A stretch of 64,000 bases of DNA from Planctomycetota bacterium (GTDB lineage Bacteria; Planctomycetota; Planctomycetia; Pirellulales; Lacipirellulaceae): contig JBCCXZ010000015.1 of the NCBI GenBank assembly GCA_039190745.1, forward strand, positions 1-64,000. The letters are read 5' to 3'. The notes under the pieces were generated by a model, which was not told where the DNA came from, did no database searches, and saw only the letters and a list, made by a program, of their open reading frames with translations. A program made the position numbers and the translations under genes. Every line of letters begins with the position of its first letter. The stretch's first letter is position 1. Positions 1 through 9,713 of this stretch are shown here, in pieces.

Positions 1-1278
1 CGCGGAGAACCGGTCGCCCGCTTCGCGGCGTTCGTGGGCGGCGGCCTCTGGGTGGCCGGCGATCAACTGCTCAAGCTCGAAGTCGTCCCGACCGGCAACC
101 GCCTGCTTGTCCAGGACGTAGAGGATGTCCACTTCGGAGACACATTCGACGGACCGCTGACGGTGATCGAGCGGGTGGTCGTCCACGCACGCCGGCCCAA
201 AGACGGCGCTGGAGTGATCGTCTCCGCAAACGAGACCGCTTCCGGCCGCACGCTCTGGGAGACCACCCTCGCCGTGCCGGCCGCCGGGGCGCCCGCGGTC
301 AACACGCAGGGCCCCCGCATCTCGGCGGCCGCCACCTCCGGCGCGGCCTTCCTGCTCGACCGCCAGAGCTTCTCCCGACGCGTGCAAGACGAGTCCCAAC
401 GGGCCGCATCAGCCGACGCGGTGTACGACTCCGTCGTCGATCTCGGCGCCGGTCGGCTGGCGATCGGCGCCGTCGGCAGCCAGACCGTGCTCCACCTGCG
501 GCCCGGCGCCCCCCGCGGAGCCGTCCGCAGCTTGGAACTCCCGGGCGAACTCTCCTGCGAACTCACGCCCTGGGGCGGCTGGTTCGTCGCGCCGACCTCT
601 GTCGGACAGGTCGCGGTCTACGACGCTGATACGGCCGAGCTCGTCGCGACGCCGTTCTCCCCGGCCGTGGCTCCCGGCCAACAAGTCCCTTGGTTGGTCC
701 CAGCCCCCTACAGCACCGCCGATGCACCGATGCTCGTTGCGTCGGACGGCAGCAAGAAGCTCTACCTCCTCGGGCTAGAGAAAGAACCCGCCCCGCACTT
801 CAAGGCGATGGCGGAAGCCAACCTCGCAGACGCCAAGCTCGTCGGACGGATCGTCGCAATCGGCAACCAGGCGTTCGCTGTCTCAGAGCAAGGAGCGCTC
901 CGCACCTACGCGTTGCCTTCCCTCGAAGAGGGCCAGCCCGTAGAAATCGGCGCGGCCGTCTCCTGGGGGCCGTTCGCGGTCGGCGATAAGCTCCTCCTGG
1001 CGACCGCCGACTCAGAGCTCGTCTGTGTCGCGCCCGGCGGCGGCGTCGCCTGGCGGACGCCCCTCGAAGGGAGGCTGCCAATGGGCAAGCCCCTCGGCGA
1101 CGGCGGTTCTGCACTCCTGCTCTCCGCATCCGAACTGCTCCGAGTCTCGCTGGAAACCGGCGAGGTAGCCGGCTCGATCGCGCTCGACCAGCCGGCCGCA
1201 TTTGGCCCGGTGGCGTTCAACAAACGACTGGTCGTTGCCGGACACGACGGCTCGCTGCTGGTGGTGGAGAAGCCGTGA
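1..1278 (+). CDS. PQQ-like/BamB-type beta-propeller repeat protein, 5'-truncated by window edge
   Basis: Frame is open from position 1. Repeated propeller-blade-like segments (GRTLWETTL, GGVAWRTPL, LVVAGHDGSLLVV). Stop overlaps the next gene's start (GTGA). Confidence 0.65.
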   Translation, partial: RGEPVARFAAFVGGGLWVAGDQLLKLEVVPTGNRLLVQDVEDVHFGDTFDGPLTVIERVVVHARRPKDGAGVIVSANETASGRTLWETTLAVPAAGAPAVNTQGPRISAAATSGAAFLLDRQSFSRRVQDESQRAASADAVYDSVVDLGAGRLAIGAVGSQTVLHLRPGAPRGAVRSLELPGELSCELTPWGGWFVAPTSVGQVAVYDADTAELVATPFSPAVAPGQQVPWLVPAPYSTADAPMLVASDGSKKLYLLGLEKEPAPHFKAMAEANLADAKLVGRIVAIGNQAFAVSEQGALRTYALPSLEEGQPVEIGAAVSWGPFAVGDKLLLATADSELVCVAPGGGVAWRTPLEGRLPMGKPLGDGGSALLLSASELLRVSLETGEVAGSIALDQPAAFGPVAFNKRLVVAGHDGSLLVVEKP

Positions 1279-3593
1279 CGACGACCGCTCACAAGCAGGC
1301 ACGCCGCGCCGACGCACTCCTCGCCCTGGTGCTTACGATGGCTTTCGCCGCGGTTTCCGCCGCGCAAGACAATAAGCCAACGCGATTGCTCGACCGGGCG
1401 CCCTTCGACCGCGTGACGCTCAGAGAAGGCAACGTCACCTTCGACGTCCAGCTGCTCGACCTCCCCGCGCGCAAAGTCCCTAGGCCGCTGCCCGCGTCGG
1501 GCCAGCTCGAACTCCGCCGGCTCAGCGACCCCTCGGTGCTCTACGCCCCCAACTGGTCGGCCATTTCGCGCATCCAGCTCTACGAACAGATCCTGCTCGC
1601 CGAAGCCAAGCGGCTCGCCCGGGGCGGCAAGCTGCTCGAGGCCTACGAGTACCTCGCCTTCTTGCACAAGAACTACCCCGACCTCCGGGGGCTCGGTCAG
1701 GCGACGCAGGATTACCTCCGGGACGACGCGGGCCGCGCTTTCAAAGAAGGTCAGTACGAAGACGCGCTAGCGATCCTGCTGTCGCTCTACGACCTCAACC
1801 CGAACCACCCCACTCTGAAGAACGCCGTCCGGGCCGTAAGCGACCGCATGATCCGAGCCCGGCTCGCCGACAACGACTACGACCGCGCACGCGGCATACT
1901 GAACCTAGTGAAAGAGTCGTTCCGTTCGCTAAACGCGTCGAACGTGCCGCAATGGGAACAGAGGTTCGCCTCCGGCGCCCAGCAGCAACTTACCCGGGCC
2001 CGGGCGGCGCTGGCCGAGCGGGACTTCGCGCAGGCGCGCGAGGCGGTCCGCGCGGCACTGGCAATCCTCCCCAGCGCTCGCGGAGCATCCGCTCTCCAGA
2101 AACAACTCGACGAGGCCTGGCCCCAGGTGACCGTTGCGGTCGCCGCGCTGGCCCCCGAGTCTCCCGAAGGCGGGCTCGTGAACCGCGCTGCCGCACGCGT
2201 CGCCGGCCTGCTGCAGGACCGGCTCGTCAACCTCGAAGACTTCGGCAGCGAGGGCGGCATCTACCGCAGCAACTGGGCTGTGCTCGAACCGAGCACGACC
2301 GGGCAGGAACTGACCGTCACGCTCAACGACGCGGCGCTCTCCAGAGGCGTCACCCCGCACCGGCTCGCCCTCGGCGTGCTGGCGGCCGCCGACCCATCTG
2401 CCGCCGACCCGGCGGTCAACCTCGCCGCCGCGCTCGACCGGGTTGCGATGTCCCAGGGCCGCCGGGTGAGCATCACCTGGCATCGGCCCCACATCCGGCC
2501 CGAACCCTTGCTCGACCTGCCGGTGTCCCAGATCTGCGGCGAGCAATCCACCGCCTTCCGCCCCGCGTCCCGGGGCGAGAACACGGTCGATTTCCTCGCC
2601 CGCGACGGCGGTCAGGCCGGGCCCAAAGCGATTCAGGAGATCGCCTTCGAGACCGACGCCGAGGCGCTCCAAGCCCTCGTCACAGGCCGTGTCGACGTGC
2701 TCGACCGCGTGCCGCCCTGGCAGGTCGATTCCATCAAACGCCAGCGCGGCTTGAAGCTCGTCGACTACCGCCTGCCCACGGTCCACGCGTTGCTGTTGAA
2801 CTACGAGAACCCGTTGCTCGGCCGGGCCGAGTTCCGCCGAGCGATCGTCTACGGCATCGACCGGGGCCAAATCCTCAGCGACATCCTCCTCGCCGGGCAG
2901 CAGCAGATCGGCTTCCAGGTGGTCAGCGGCCCGATGCCCGCCGGCGTGACGCTGACCGACCCGGTCGGCTATGGCTACAGCCGGCAGATCAACCCCAGGC
3001 CCTACGAACCACGCCTCGCGGCGTTGCTCGCCGGCGTGGCCCGCTCGGCGGTGACTAAGCAGCACGCCGCAGCCAACGCAGACCAAGACGGCGAGTCCGC
3101 CGGCCCGCCGCCGCCCGACGTGATGCGTCCTCTCGTCTTGGCCCACACCCCCGACCCGCTGGCGACCACCGCCTGCCAGAGCATGCGGCTGCAACTCGGG
3201 GCGATCGGCATCCCCGTCGAGCTCCGCACCATCAGCCCGGACCGATCCGGCTCACAAGACTACGACCTCATCTACGCCGAGGTCTCCATCCGCGAGCCGC
3301 TGGTCGACGCCCGGCGGCTGCTCGGCCCGAAGGGGCTCGCGGGCCGCTGCGCCCCCGCGATGAGCGTCTTGCTCGACCAGCTCGACCGCGTCGAGAACTG
3401 GGAAGCCGCCCGCAAGCAGCTCGCCGAGATACACCAGATCGCCCACAACGACCTGCCCGTCATCCCGCTCTGGCAGACGGTCAACCGGCTGGCGCACACC
3501 GCCCGGCTCAGCGGCGTCGGCGCAGCGCCGGTCACGCTGTACCAAAACGTGGATGAATGGAAGATTCAGCCCCTAACGGGGGCGGCGCTTTGA
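1275..3593 (+). CDS. Secreted protein with helical TPR-like region and C-terminal family-5 ABC solute-binding domain
   Basis: Signal peptide (ALLALVLTMAFAAVSAAQD). SBP_bac_5-like motifs ALVTGRVDV, LLLNYENPLL..AEFRRAIVYGIDR, IAHNDLPVIPLWQ. Confidence 0.75.
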   Translation: MTTTAHKQARRADALLALVLTMAFAAVSAAQDNKPTRLLDRAPFDRVTLREGNVTFDVQLLDLPARKVPRPLPASGQLELRRLSDPSVLYAPNWSAISRIQLYEQILLAEAKRLARGGKLLEAYEYLAFLHKNYPDLRGLGQATQDYLRDDAGRAFKEGQYEDALAILLSLYDLNPNHPTLKNAVRAVSDRMIRARLADNDYDRARGILNLVKESFRSLNASNVPQWEQRFASGAQQQLTRARAALAERDFAQAREAVRAALAILPSARGASALQKQLDEAWPQVTVAVAALAPESPEGGLVNRAAARVAGLLQDRLVNLEDFGSEGGIYRSNWAVLEPSTTGQELTVTLNDAALSRGVTPHRLALGVLAAADPSAADPAVNLAAALDRVAMSQGRRVSITWHRPHIRPEPLLDLPVSQICGEQSTAFRPASRGENTVDFLARDGGQAGPKAIQEIAFETDAEALQALVTGRVDVLDRVPPWQVDSIKRQRGLKLVDYRLPTVHALLLNYENPLLGRAEFRRAIVYGIDRGQILSDILLAGQQQIGFQVVSGPMPAGVTLTDPVGYGYSRQINPRPYEPRLAALLAGVARSAVTKQHAAANADQDGESAGPPPPDVMRPLVLAHTPDPLATTACQSMRLQLGAIGIPVELRTISPDRSGSQDYDLIYAEVSIREPLVDARRLLGPKGLAGRCAPAMSVLLDQLDRVENWEAARKQLAEIHQIAHNDLPVIPLWQTVNRLAHTARLSGVGAAPVTLYQNVDEWKIQPLTGAAL

Positions 3594-5005
3594 ACCAACC
3601 AAAACACCTCGTTCTGGCCGCCTGGTTCGCCCTGTTGTTGGCGTGCTCTGCGCAAGCAAAGCAGAAGTACTGGGCCTTGTCGCCCTACCGGATCGAGCTC
3701 ACCATCGCCGCCCGCGGCGAGCCCGTTCAGCAGGCCGGACTCGCGGCCGAGCTCGAAGAGGCCATCCGCGAGCGGGTCCAAACGACCCTCGCCCCGCGTT
3801 GGTCGCTCGACATCAAGCCCGCCGACGCCGCTTCGACCCACGCCCTCGTCGCGGCCGACAACGCGGCGTTCGCCCTCACCGACGAAGAAGACCCCGCCGG
3901 CTACGACAAACGCATGGTCCTCGCCGTGGACGCCACGCCTCGGGGCTACCTCCTCCGCTGCCGCGAACGCGACTGCCGGGTCGACCGCTGGGGCGCGACG
4001 CAAACCCAGCTCCTGCGCCAAGGGTCGATGCTGCACGACGCATGCTTCGCGCTCATCTGCCGGACGTTCGCCCCGCTCGTGGAAGTGCGTTCGCTCCCCG
4101 ACAACGACGACCAGGTCGAGGCGCGGTTCAAGGGGAGCGAACTGCCGGCCCAAACCCGCGTCGGCGAGCTCTACGCCCCCGGCGAGGTCTTCCTACCGAT
4201 GATCGCCCGCACCGACCGCTCCGGCGAGATCCGCGAGGGCAGTGCCACCGACATGCCGTGGACGTATATCACCCTCGCCGAAGAAACCGATTCCGGCTGG
4301 CTCTGCGACATCCGCTCCGGGCTCCGCGGCCCGTTCCGGCAGCGCCGCCGCGGGCGGGTCTTGAGGCTGGCGCTCGCGCTGCGAAACCCACCGGGGCCGG
4401 CCACCATCCGTTTCTATGCCCGCCACAGCCAAGAGCTGGGCCTCACCGGCTACGAGGTCTTCCGCCGCACTCCCGGGGCCGAGACCAGCGAGCCGCTCGG
4501 CCTGACCGACAACGCCGGCCGCGTCCGCGTCGAGCCGCTCCACGACCACCGCGTGGTGGACATCTTCCTCCGGAGCGACGGCCAGGTGCTGGCAAAGGTG
4601 CCGGTCGCCGCCGGCGCGAAGGCCGAGTTGGAAGTCCCCATCGCCGACGACACCGCCCGGCTGCGTGCCCAGGCGCAGCTCACCTCGCTCCGCCAAGAGC
4701 TGATGGACGTCGTCGCCCGCCGCAACATCCTCATCGCCCGCGCCAAACGCCGCCTCGAAGACCAGGACGTTTCCGGAGCCCGCGAGTTCCTGAACCAGCT
4801 CGACGATCTGCCCAGCAGCGCCCGATTCGACCAACGACTCCGCTCCGCCGCGGAGAGCAAGAAGAACCGCTCCGAGGACGAGCGAGTCCAGGGACGCATC
4901 GACAAGCTGTTCGACGACACGCGGAAGCTGCTCGGACGGTTCCTCAGCCCGACGCCGATCTCCAACCTCCGGTCGGAGGTGAATCGTGCGGCCCAGGGCG
5001 GCTGA
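3590..5005 (+). CDS. Hypothetical secreted protein with C-terminal coiled coil
   Basis: In-frame TTG at 3590 overlaps the previous TGA (TTGA coupling). Signal-like N-terminus (LVLAAWFALLLACSAQA). Host-like codon bias. Confidence 0.7.
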   Translation: MNQPKHLVLAAWFALLLACSAQAKQKYWALSPYRIELTIAARGEPVQQAGLAAELEEAIRERVQTTLAPRWSLDIKPADAASTHALVAADNAAFALTDEEDPAGYDKRMVLAVDATPRGYLLRCRERDCRVDRWGATQTQLLRQGSMLHDACFALICRTFAPLVEVRSLPDNDDQVEARFKGSELPAQTRVGELYAPGEVFLPMIARTDRSGEIREGSATDMPWTYITLAEETDSGWLCDIRSGLRGPFRQRRRGRVLRLALALRNPPGPATIRFYARHSQELGLTGYEVFRRTPGAETSEPLGLTDNAGRVRVEPLHDHRVVDIFLRSDGQVLAKVPVAAGAKAELEVPIADDTARLRAQAQLTSLRQELMDVVARRNILIARAKRRLEDQDVSGAREFLNQLDDLPSSARFDQRLRSAAESKKNRSEDERVQGRIDKLFDDTRKLLGRFLSPTPISNLRSEVNRAAQGG

Positions 5006-5034
5006 ACTGTGGTGCTGCTAGGTCAGCGGGGCTA

Positions 5035-6342
5035 CTAAGTCAGCAAGAGCACGCCCGCAACCGCGAACAACACGGCCAGCCCGGCGCCGACCAGCAGCAT
5101 CAGCCGCGAGTCGCTCACCGCCGGCTCGGTTTCCTCGGGCGGGCTCGTGGCTCGTCGCGGGGCGGAGCCGCTCTCCTCGTTGCGGCCTTTGGTCGTTTCC
5201 GGATCCGCTTGGACTTCGACCGTGTCGGCAAGCGAAGCGTTCGCGTACGACCGCTCCGCCGGCAGCCGGGCGTACTCGCCCAGCAGGCGCGCCGTCTGCG
5301 GCCCGGCTCGGCGGGTCCACGGTTCGAGGCTCCTCAGCACCGCCGCAGCGGTCGGCAGCCGATCCTCGGGCCGCTTGGCCATCATCCGCGATACGACCTC
5401 GACGATCTTGGGGTCCAGGTCGTCGCGGTGCGCACGCAGCGGAAGCGGGGCCTCGTCCAAGTGACGACGGAGCTTCTCCGAGGTACTCCCGCCGGGAAAG
5501 GGCACCTTCCCGGTGAGGGAGTAGTACAGCGTGCAGCCTAGCGAGTAGATGTCGCTGATCGGCCGGACCTTGTCCGGCGAGACCACGATCTCCGGCGCCA
5601 AGAAGTCCGCCGTGCCGACGATGTGCACGGGCTTGCCGCCCGCAGGGCTTTCCTGATCAGTGCTGAACTCGGCCAGCCCTAGGTCGGTCAGCTTCGTCGT
5701 CCCTTCCGTAGTAATCAGTAAGTTACCCGGCTTCACGTCGCGGTGCACAAGCCCCCGATTGTGGGCGTGCCCCAGCGCCTCGGCCGCTTGGGCGATGAGC
5801 AACGCCGACTCGAACGGCCCCAGCATCCCCGCGTGACGCACCACCCTCCGCAGGTCCGCGCCGTCGATGAACTCGGTCACTAAGTAGTACGTCGCGCCGT
5901 CGCAGTCGGCGAACGAGAGCCGCACCAGGTTCGGGTGATCGAGCCGCGCCAACGCCCGGATCTCGCGGCGGAAGCTGTTGATCGAAGCGGGGTTGGTTTT
6001 GCTCTTGGGCAGGACCTTAATCGCCTCGACGCGGCCCAGCCACTCGTGCTCGCCCTTGAACACGTAGCCCATGCCGCCATGACCGATCGCATCGAGGATG
6101 CGGTACGGCCCGAGGTTGAACTTCGTCCGCCCGCAGCGGAGCTGCTCCGCCTGCCACGGGTTGAGCATGCCCAGCCGCACGAGCTCGTCGGCCAGCGTCT
6201 CGTCGGTGATCTCCTCAAGCGAGAGGTCCGTCTCGGGCGAGCCCTCCACAAGCTGAGCCCACGCCTGATCGAGTTGGTCCTCCGAAAGCAGCCCGCTGGC
6301 AAGGCCGGCCTGCTCGATAAGAAATCGGTCGTGTCGGACCAC
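5035..6342 (-). CDS. Hanks-type serine/threonine protein kinase with C-terminal TM anchor
   Basis: IGHGGMGYVF, AIKVL, HRDVKPGNLL, DLGLA, GTADFLAPE, SDIYSLG motifs. Hydrophobic C-terminus. Confidence 0.95.
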   Translation of the reverse strand: MVRHDRFLIEQAGLASGLLSEDQLDQAWAQLVEGSPETDLSLEEITDETLADELVRLGMLNPWQAEQLRCGRTKFNLGPYRILDAIGHGGMGYVFKGEHEWLGRVEAIKVLPKSKTNPASINSFRREIRALARLDHPNLVRLSFADCDGATYYLVTEFIDGADLRRVVRHAGMLGPFESALLIAQAAEALGHAHNRGLVHRDVKPGNLLITTEGTTKLTDLGLAEFSTDQESPAGGKPVHIVGTADFLAPEIVVSPDKVRPISDIYSLGCTLYYSLTGKVPFPGGSTSEKLRRHLDEAPLPLRAHRDDLDPKIVEVVSRMMAKRPEDRLPTAAAVLRSLEPWTRRAGPQTARLLGEYARLPAERSYANASLADTVEVQADPETTKGRNEESGSAPRRATSPPEETEPAVSDSRLMLLVGAGLAVLFAVAGVLLLT

Positions 6343-6411
6343 GAGAAACGCCCCGGAGAATCGCTTGTCTAAGATTAAGTCTACGTGCCGCGGCGCACCC
6401 GCGCCAAGAAA

Positions 6412-7140
6412 TCACCCCGCCTCGACGGCCTCAGCCAGCAGCCGCAGCGATTTCGAGCCCCGCCAGCTCTCCGGGAGCAGAGCAACAAACGTGCATGCTT
6501 CCGGCCGGACCGGGTGGCTCACCCGCAGCCTCCGAGAGTGCAGTCCGATGCCCGGCTCGAACTCCCGCGACGCCCCGTATTTCCGGTCCCCGACAATCGG
6601 GCGCCCCGCTTTGGCGAGCTGGACGCGGATCTGGTGCTTGCGCCCGGTATCCAAGGTGACCCGCAGCAGGGCGAGCCCGCCCGCTTCGGCGGCGACGGCG
6701 TAACTCAGCCTCGCTAGCTGGGCGCCTTCTGCTGCAGAAGTCGTGACGTGCACCCGCCGGTGCCGCTCGTCTTTGCGGAGGTAGTGCTCGAGGGTCGCTT
6801 CCGGCTCCTCGGGAACCCCTTCCACGACGGCGTAATAGGTCTTCTCCGTATCGCGGTTCCGGAACGCCTCGCTCAGCCGCGCCGCCGCCTTCGAGGTCCT
6901 CGCCATCAGCACCACGCCCGTCACCGGCGCATCGAGCCGGCTCACCACGCCGAGGTAGACGTTCCCCGGCTTGTTGTAGGCCCGCTTTACGTACTCCTTG
7001 CAGGAAGCCAGCAGGCTCGGCTCGCCCTCCGCCACGCCCATGGTTGGCAAACCGGCCGGCTTGTTCACCACAAGCAGGTGGTTGTCTTCGTAGAGCACCT
7101 CGGGCGACGATTCAGTACGGCGGCGAGGAGAACGGGGCAT
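6412..7140 (-). CDS. RluA-family 23S rRNA pseudouridine synthase
   Basis: VLYEDNHLLVVNKPAG, SRLDAPVTGV (catalytic RLD), TGRKHQIRVQLA, PIVGDRKYG. Start set at ATG 7140; the ORF-track extension overlaps maf. Confidence 0.9.
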   Translation of the reverse strand: MPRSPRRRTESSPEVLYEDNHLLVVNKPAGLPTMGVAEGEPSLLASCKEYVKRAYNKPGNVYLGVVSRLDAPVTGVVLMARTSKAAARLSEAFRNRDTEKTYYAVVEGVPEEPEATLEHYLRKDERHRRVHVTTSAAEGAQLARLSYAVAAEAGGLALLRVTLDTGRKHQIRVQLAKAGRPIVGDRKYGASREFEPGIGLHSRRLRVSHPVRPEACTFVALLPESWRGSKSLRLLAEAVEAG

Positions 7141-7236
7141 CGACAAGCGTTGTTGAGTCCAGAAGGCGGATGGTACCCTGCAGCTTACCAGCCGGACACG
7201 CGCCACGCCGACCCCGCCCTGCATTCCGAAACTAGA

Positions 7237-7833
7237 ATGACTGATCTCCCCAAACTCATACTGGCCAGCGGCTCGCCCCAACGACTTCGGCTGCTGGCCG
7301 AGGCCGGCTACCCGTTCGAGGTCTCCAAGCCCGATGAATCGGCCGAGTGCGGCGTTTGCTCCACCGGAGGCCCCGCTGCGCTGGTCGCAGAGCTCGCCCT
7401 CCGCAAGGCCGCCGACGTGGCCCCTCGATACGCCGGCCAAAACGCTGTGCTGCTCGCCTGCGACACGGTCGCCGAGTGCCGCGGCGTCATCCTCGGCAAG
7501 CCGAAGAACGAAGACCACGCCCGGCAGATGCTCGGCGCCCTCCGCGGCACGGTGCACCGCGTGTTCAGCGGCGTCTGCGTCTGGCCCATCGACCGCCCCG
7601 ACGGCGTCGCCAGCCGCGTCGTGGTCTCGGAGCTGCAGATGACTGAGCTCTCCGACGACGCGATCGAAGACTACCTCGAAACCGGCCTCTGGCGCGGTAA
7701 AGCCGGTTCGTTCGGACTCCAAGACCGGCCGGACTGGCTGAAGGTTGTCTCCGGCAGCGAATCGAACGTCATCGGCCTGCCGATGGACGAGGTGGCGGAG
7801 CTGCTCGGCGCCCCAGAAAACTTCGTGGCCTAA
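7237..7833 (+). CDS. maf: Maf-family nucleoside triphosphate pyrophosphatase
   Basis: LILASGSPQR, ACDTV, LGKP..ARQML..LRG..H.V, KAGSFGLQ, SNVIGLP. ATG at 7237. Confidence 0.93.
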   Translation: MTDLPKLILASGSPQRLRLLAEAGYPFEVSKPDESAECGVCSTGGPAALVAELALRKAADVAPRYAGQNAVLLACDTVAECRGVILGKPKNEDHARQMLGALRGTVHRVFSGVCVWPIDRPDGVASRVVVSELQMTELSDDAIEDYLETGLWRGKAGSFGLQDRPDWLKVVSGSESNVIGLPMDEVAELLGAPENFVA

Positions 7834-7936
7834 CACCTCACTGGTAAGGCTGCCCAAAGAAAATTCTCATCCGAGCGTTTGTCATCGTATTCCCCACAGG
7901 AGGGCAACTGCTTTGTACTTAGCGGATTCGATATAT

Positions 7937-7971
7937 CTCGCGTCGGTGGGCCAAACCGATGCGAGTTCCAA
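7937..7971. repeat. Hairpin repeat copy A (left of marR cassette)
   Basis: CTCGCGTCGGT-GGGCCAA-ACCGATGCGAG then TTCCAA. Near-identical to 9714-9752. Confidence 0.7.
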
Positions 7972-8109
7972 AAGTTGCTAAGGCGCTGGTGTTGGCCCAC
8001 CCGACTCGGGCCAGCAGCATGGTACAGGTCGCTCGGAACCAATTGTTGGGGTTAGCTTGAGCGGTGGCACCGTATCATTCGGCGAGAGTTCGTCTGCTTT
8101 CATTCGGCA

Positions 8110-8571
8110 TCAGATACCAGAATCGGCTTTCGTTCTGTCAACCGCGGCTCGACAGCCGCGATGCAGCGTTTCGATAGCTCCCACTGCCTGCTTCAGATGG
8201 GCAACTCGAAGCGGTCTGAACTCCGCGAGTATCTGCGCAGCACATCCGCGGTATAGCTTGGCAAGCCGCTTGTATACAGCCTCGGTTGCTTCAACGCATG
8301 TACGGCGTCGATCCTCAGGGTCTGGCCGACGGGTGACGAAGCCCGACTTCTCAAGCCGGTCGATTAGGGCGGTGACCGATCCCGTGCTTAGGCTGAGCTG
8401 CCTAGCCACTTCGCCAGGCTGAACTGGTCCGTGCTCTAGCAGGTTTAGGCAACGCAGGTCGTTCCGAGCGATTCCAAGCTCGGTGCAGACGAGGTGGTCG
8501 AACTGGTCCATGGCCGCGTGTACGCCGCGGCAGGCGTTGATCAGGTGCTGTTCTTGTTCGGTTCTTGACAC
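8110..8571 (-). CDS. MarR-family transcriptional regulator
   Basis: LSLSTGSVTALIDRLEKSGFVTRRPDPEDRRR winged-helix signature. Divergent from the SRPBCC gene. Confidence 0.93.
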   Translation of the reverse strand: MSRTEQEQHLINACRGVHAAMDQFDHLVCTELGIARNDLRCLNLLEHGPVQPGEVARQLSLSTGSVTALIDRLEKSGFVTRRPDPEDRRRTCVEATEAVYKRLAKLYRGCAAQILAEFRPLRVAHLKQAVGAIETLHRGCRAAVDRTKADSGI

Positions 8572-8592
8572 CGCTGGTCCTTCGCTCTAATA

Positions 8593-8624
8593 TCTCGATA
8601 GTCGAGCTTCTCGATTGACAAGAT
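8593..8624. promoter_or_regulatory. Putative MarR operator: two adjacent pseudo-palindromes
   Basis: CTCGA-TAG-TCGAG (8594-8606) and CTCGA-TTG-ACAAG (8610-8622), 16 bp apart, in the 81-bp divergent spacer. Confidence 0.55.
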
Positions 8625-8652
8625 AATACGCTGTAGCAGGAGATTACACAAA

Positions 8653-9192
8653 ATGTATGCAGCTTCGGTAGTCATTGCCTCACTCTACGCCCTCGTCGGC
8701 ATTGCCGCATACGTCGTTTCCAACGAGATTCGTTACAGCGAACGTGTACGCGTCGATGCCCCGCGGGAGGTGGTCTTCGAAGCCATCCTCAGCCAGAAGG
8801 AACTAATGGCTTGGTCGGCTTGGCCGGAGGCGACCGGCTCCGATTGCCGCGTCGAAGGCGAGGATGGGATTGTCGGGACGAAGCTCGTCTACCTGACAAA
8901 TGGCAAGCCTGCGGGGAGCCAGACCGTCACCGACGTCGCAGAGAACGAGTCGGTTACGCTTGAGCTGGAGGACCCGAGCCCGTTTAGACAGAAGCCCACC
9001 GTAAAGTTCCTAGTAGAAGAGGGAGACGGCACCGAGGTAACGCTGCAGTTCGTCAACGTTGTGCGACGGCCCTTCCATCTGGTTGTGAAGGGCGTGGGGA
9101 TCGCAGCTTGGACGCGGGAGCTGCACAGAAAAGACTTGCAGGGTTTGAAGGCCTACGCAGAGAAGCAAGCCGCGCCGCAACCACAGGGTTAA
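8653..9192 (+). CDS. SRPBCC (polyketide cyclase/START-like) family protein with N-terminal TM
   Basis: AGGAG SD at 8638. VRVDAPREVVFEAI...WSAW, C-terminal helix DLQGLKAYAE. Confidence 0.85.
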   Translation: MYAASVVIASLYALVGIAAYVVSNEIRYSERVRVDAPREVVFEAILSQKELMAWSAWPEATGSDCRVEGEDGIVGTKLVYLTNGKPAGSQTVTDVAENESVTLELEDPSPFRQKPTVKFLVEEGDGTEVTLQFVNVVRRPFHLVVKGVGIAAWTRELHRKDLQGLKAYAEKQAAPQPQG

Positions 9193-9199
9193 GAGTGAG

Positions 9200-9670
9200 A
9201 TGGACCGTGGAATCAGGTTCGAGACCGAGGTGGTCAAGCACGCCGTTGGCACACTCAACTACCGCGTCGTGTTTCTCGACGAGCGTTTTCACGAAGCGTT
9301 GCCGCTACGCGAGCACCCACGGCTCCGAGTGCGAGGTGAGGTGAACGGGGTTGCGTTCGACGGTGCGTGGCAGCCGGTGCGTGGTCGTTGGTATCTGATG
9401 CTGGGAAAGCGGCTGCTGAAATCGGCCGGGGTCGATGTCGGCGACCGGGTACTGGTTGCTTTCCGTGTGGTGGACCAAGCGTCTGTCGAGGTGCCGGACG
9501 AACTCCGTCGTGCTTTAGCCGCCAACGACGCTGCATTGAGGTCGTGGGGCAAGCTTACCGCTGGCAAACAGAGGGCTTTCGCCCACCGGGTCTCATCGGC
9601 CGTGCGGGCAGAGACCCGTGCGATACGTGTCGAGGAAGTTATCGATGCGTTGGTGAGCGGCGAGATCTGA
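9200..9670 (+). CDS. DUF1905 + OmdA (YdeI/OmpD-associated) family protein
   Basis: LRVRGEVNGVAF, GVDVGDRV, VEVPDELRRALAAN...WGKLTAGKQR...AVRAETRAIRV. Confidence 0.85.
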   Translation: MDRGIRFETEVVKHAVGTLNYRVVFLDERFHEALPLREHPRLRVRGEVNGVAFDGAWQPVRGRWYLMLGKRLLKSAGVDVGDRVLVAFRVVDQASVEVPDELRRALAANDAALRSWGKLTAGKQRAFAHRVSSAVRAETRAIRVEEVIDALVSGEI

Positions 9671-9713
9671 ACCCGCAGAGGATGCATCAACTTCGCGAAG
9701 TTGCAGCTCCGGC

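Noticed and set aside
6412..7857. Apparent long overlap of the RluA and Maf ORFs
   Set aside because: Family homology starts at ATG 7140 (minus) and ATG 7237 (plus), so the genes are simply divergent.
7828..8057. Integron attC site (GCCTAAC...GTT)
   Set aside because: The span is too long, there are no clear L boxes or extended bottom-strand pairing, and no integrase is in the window.
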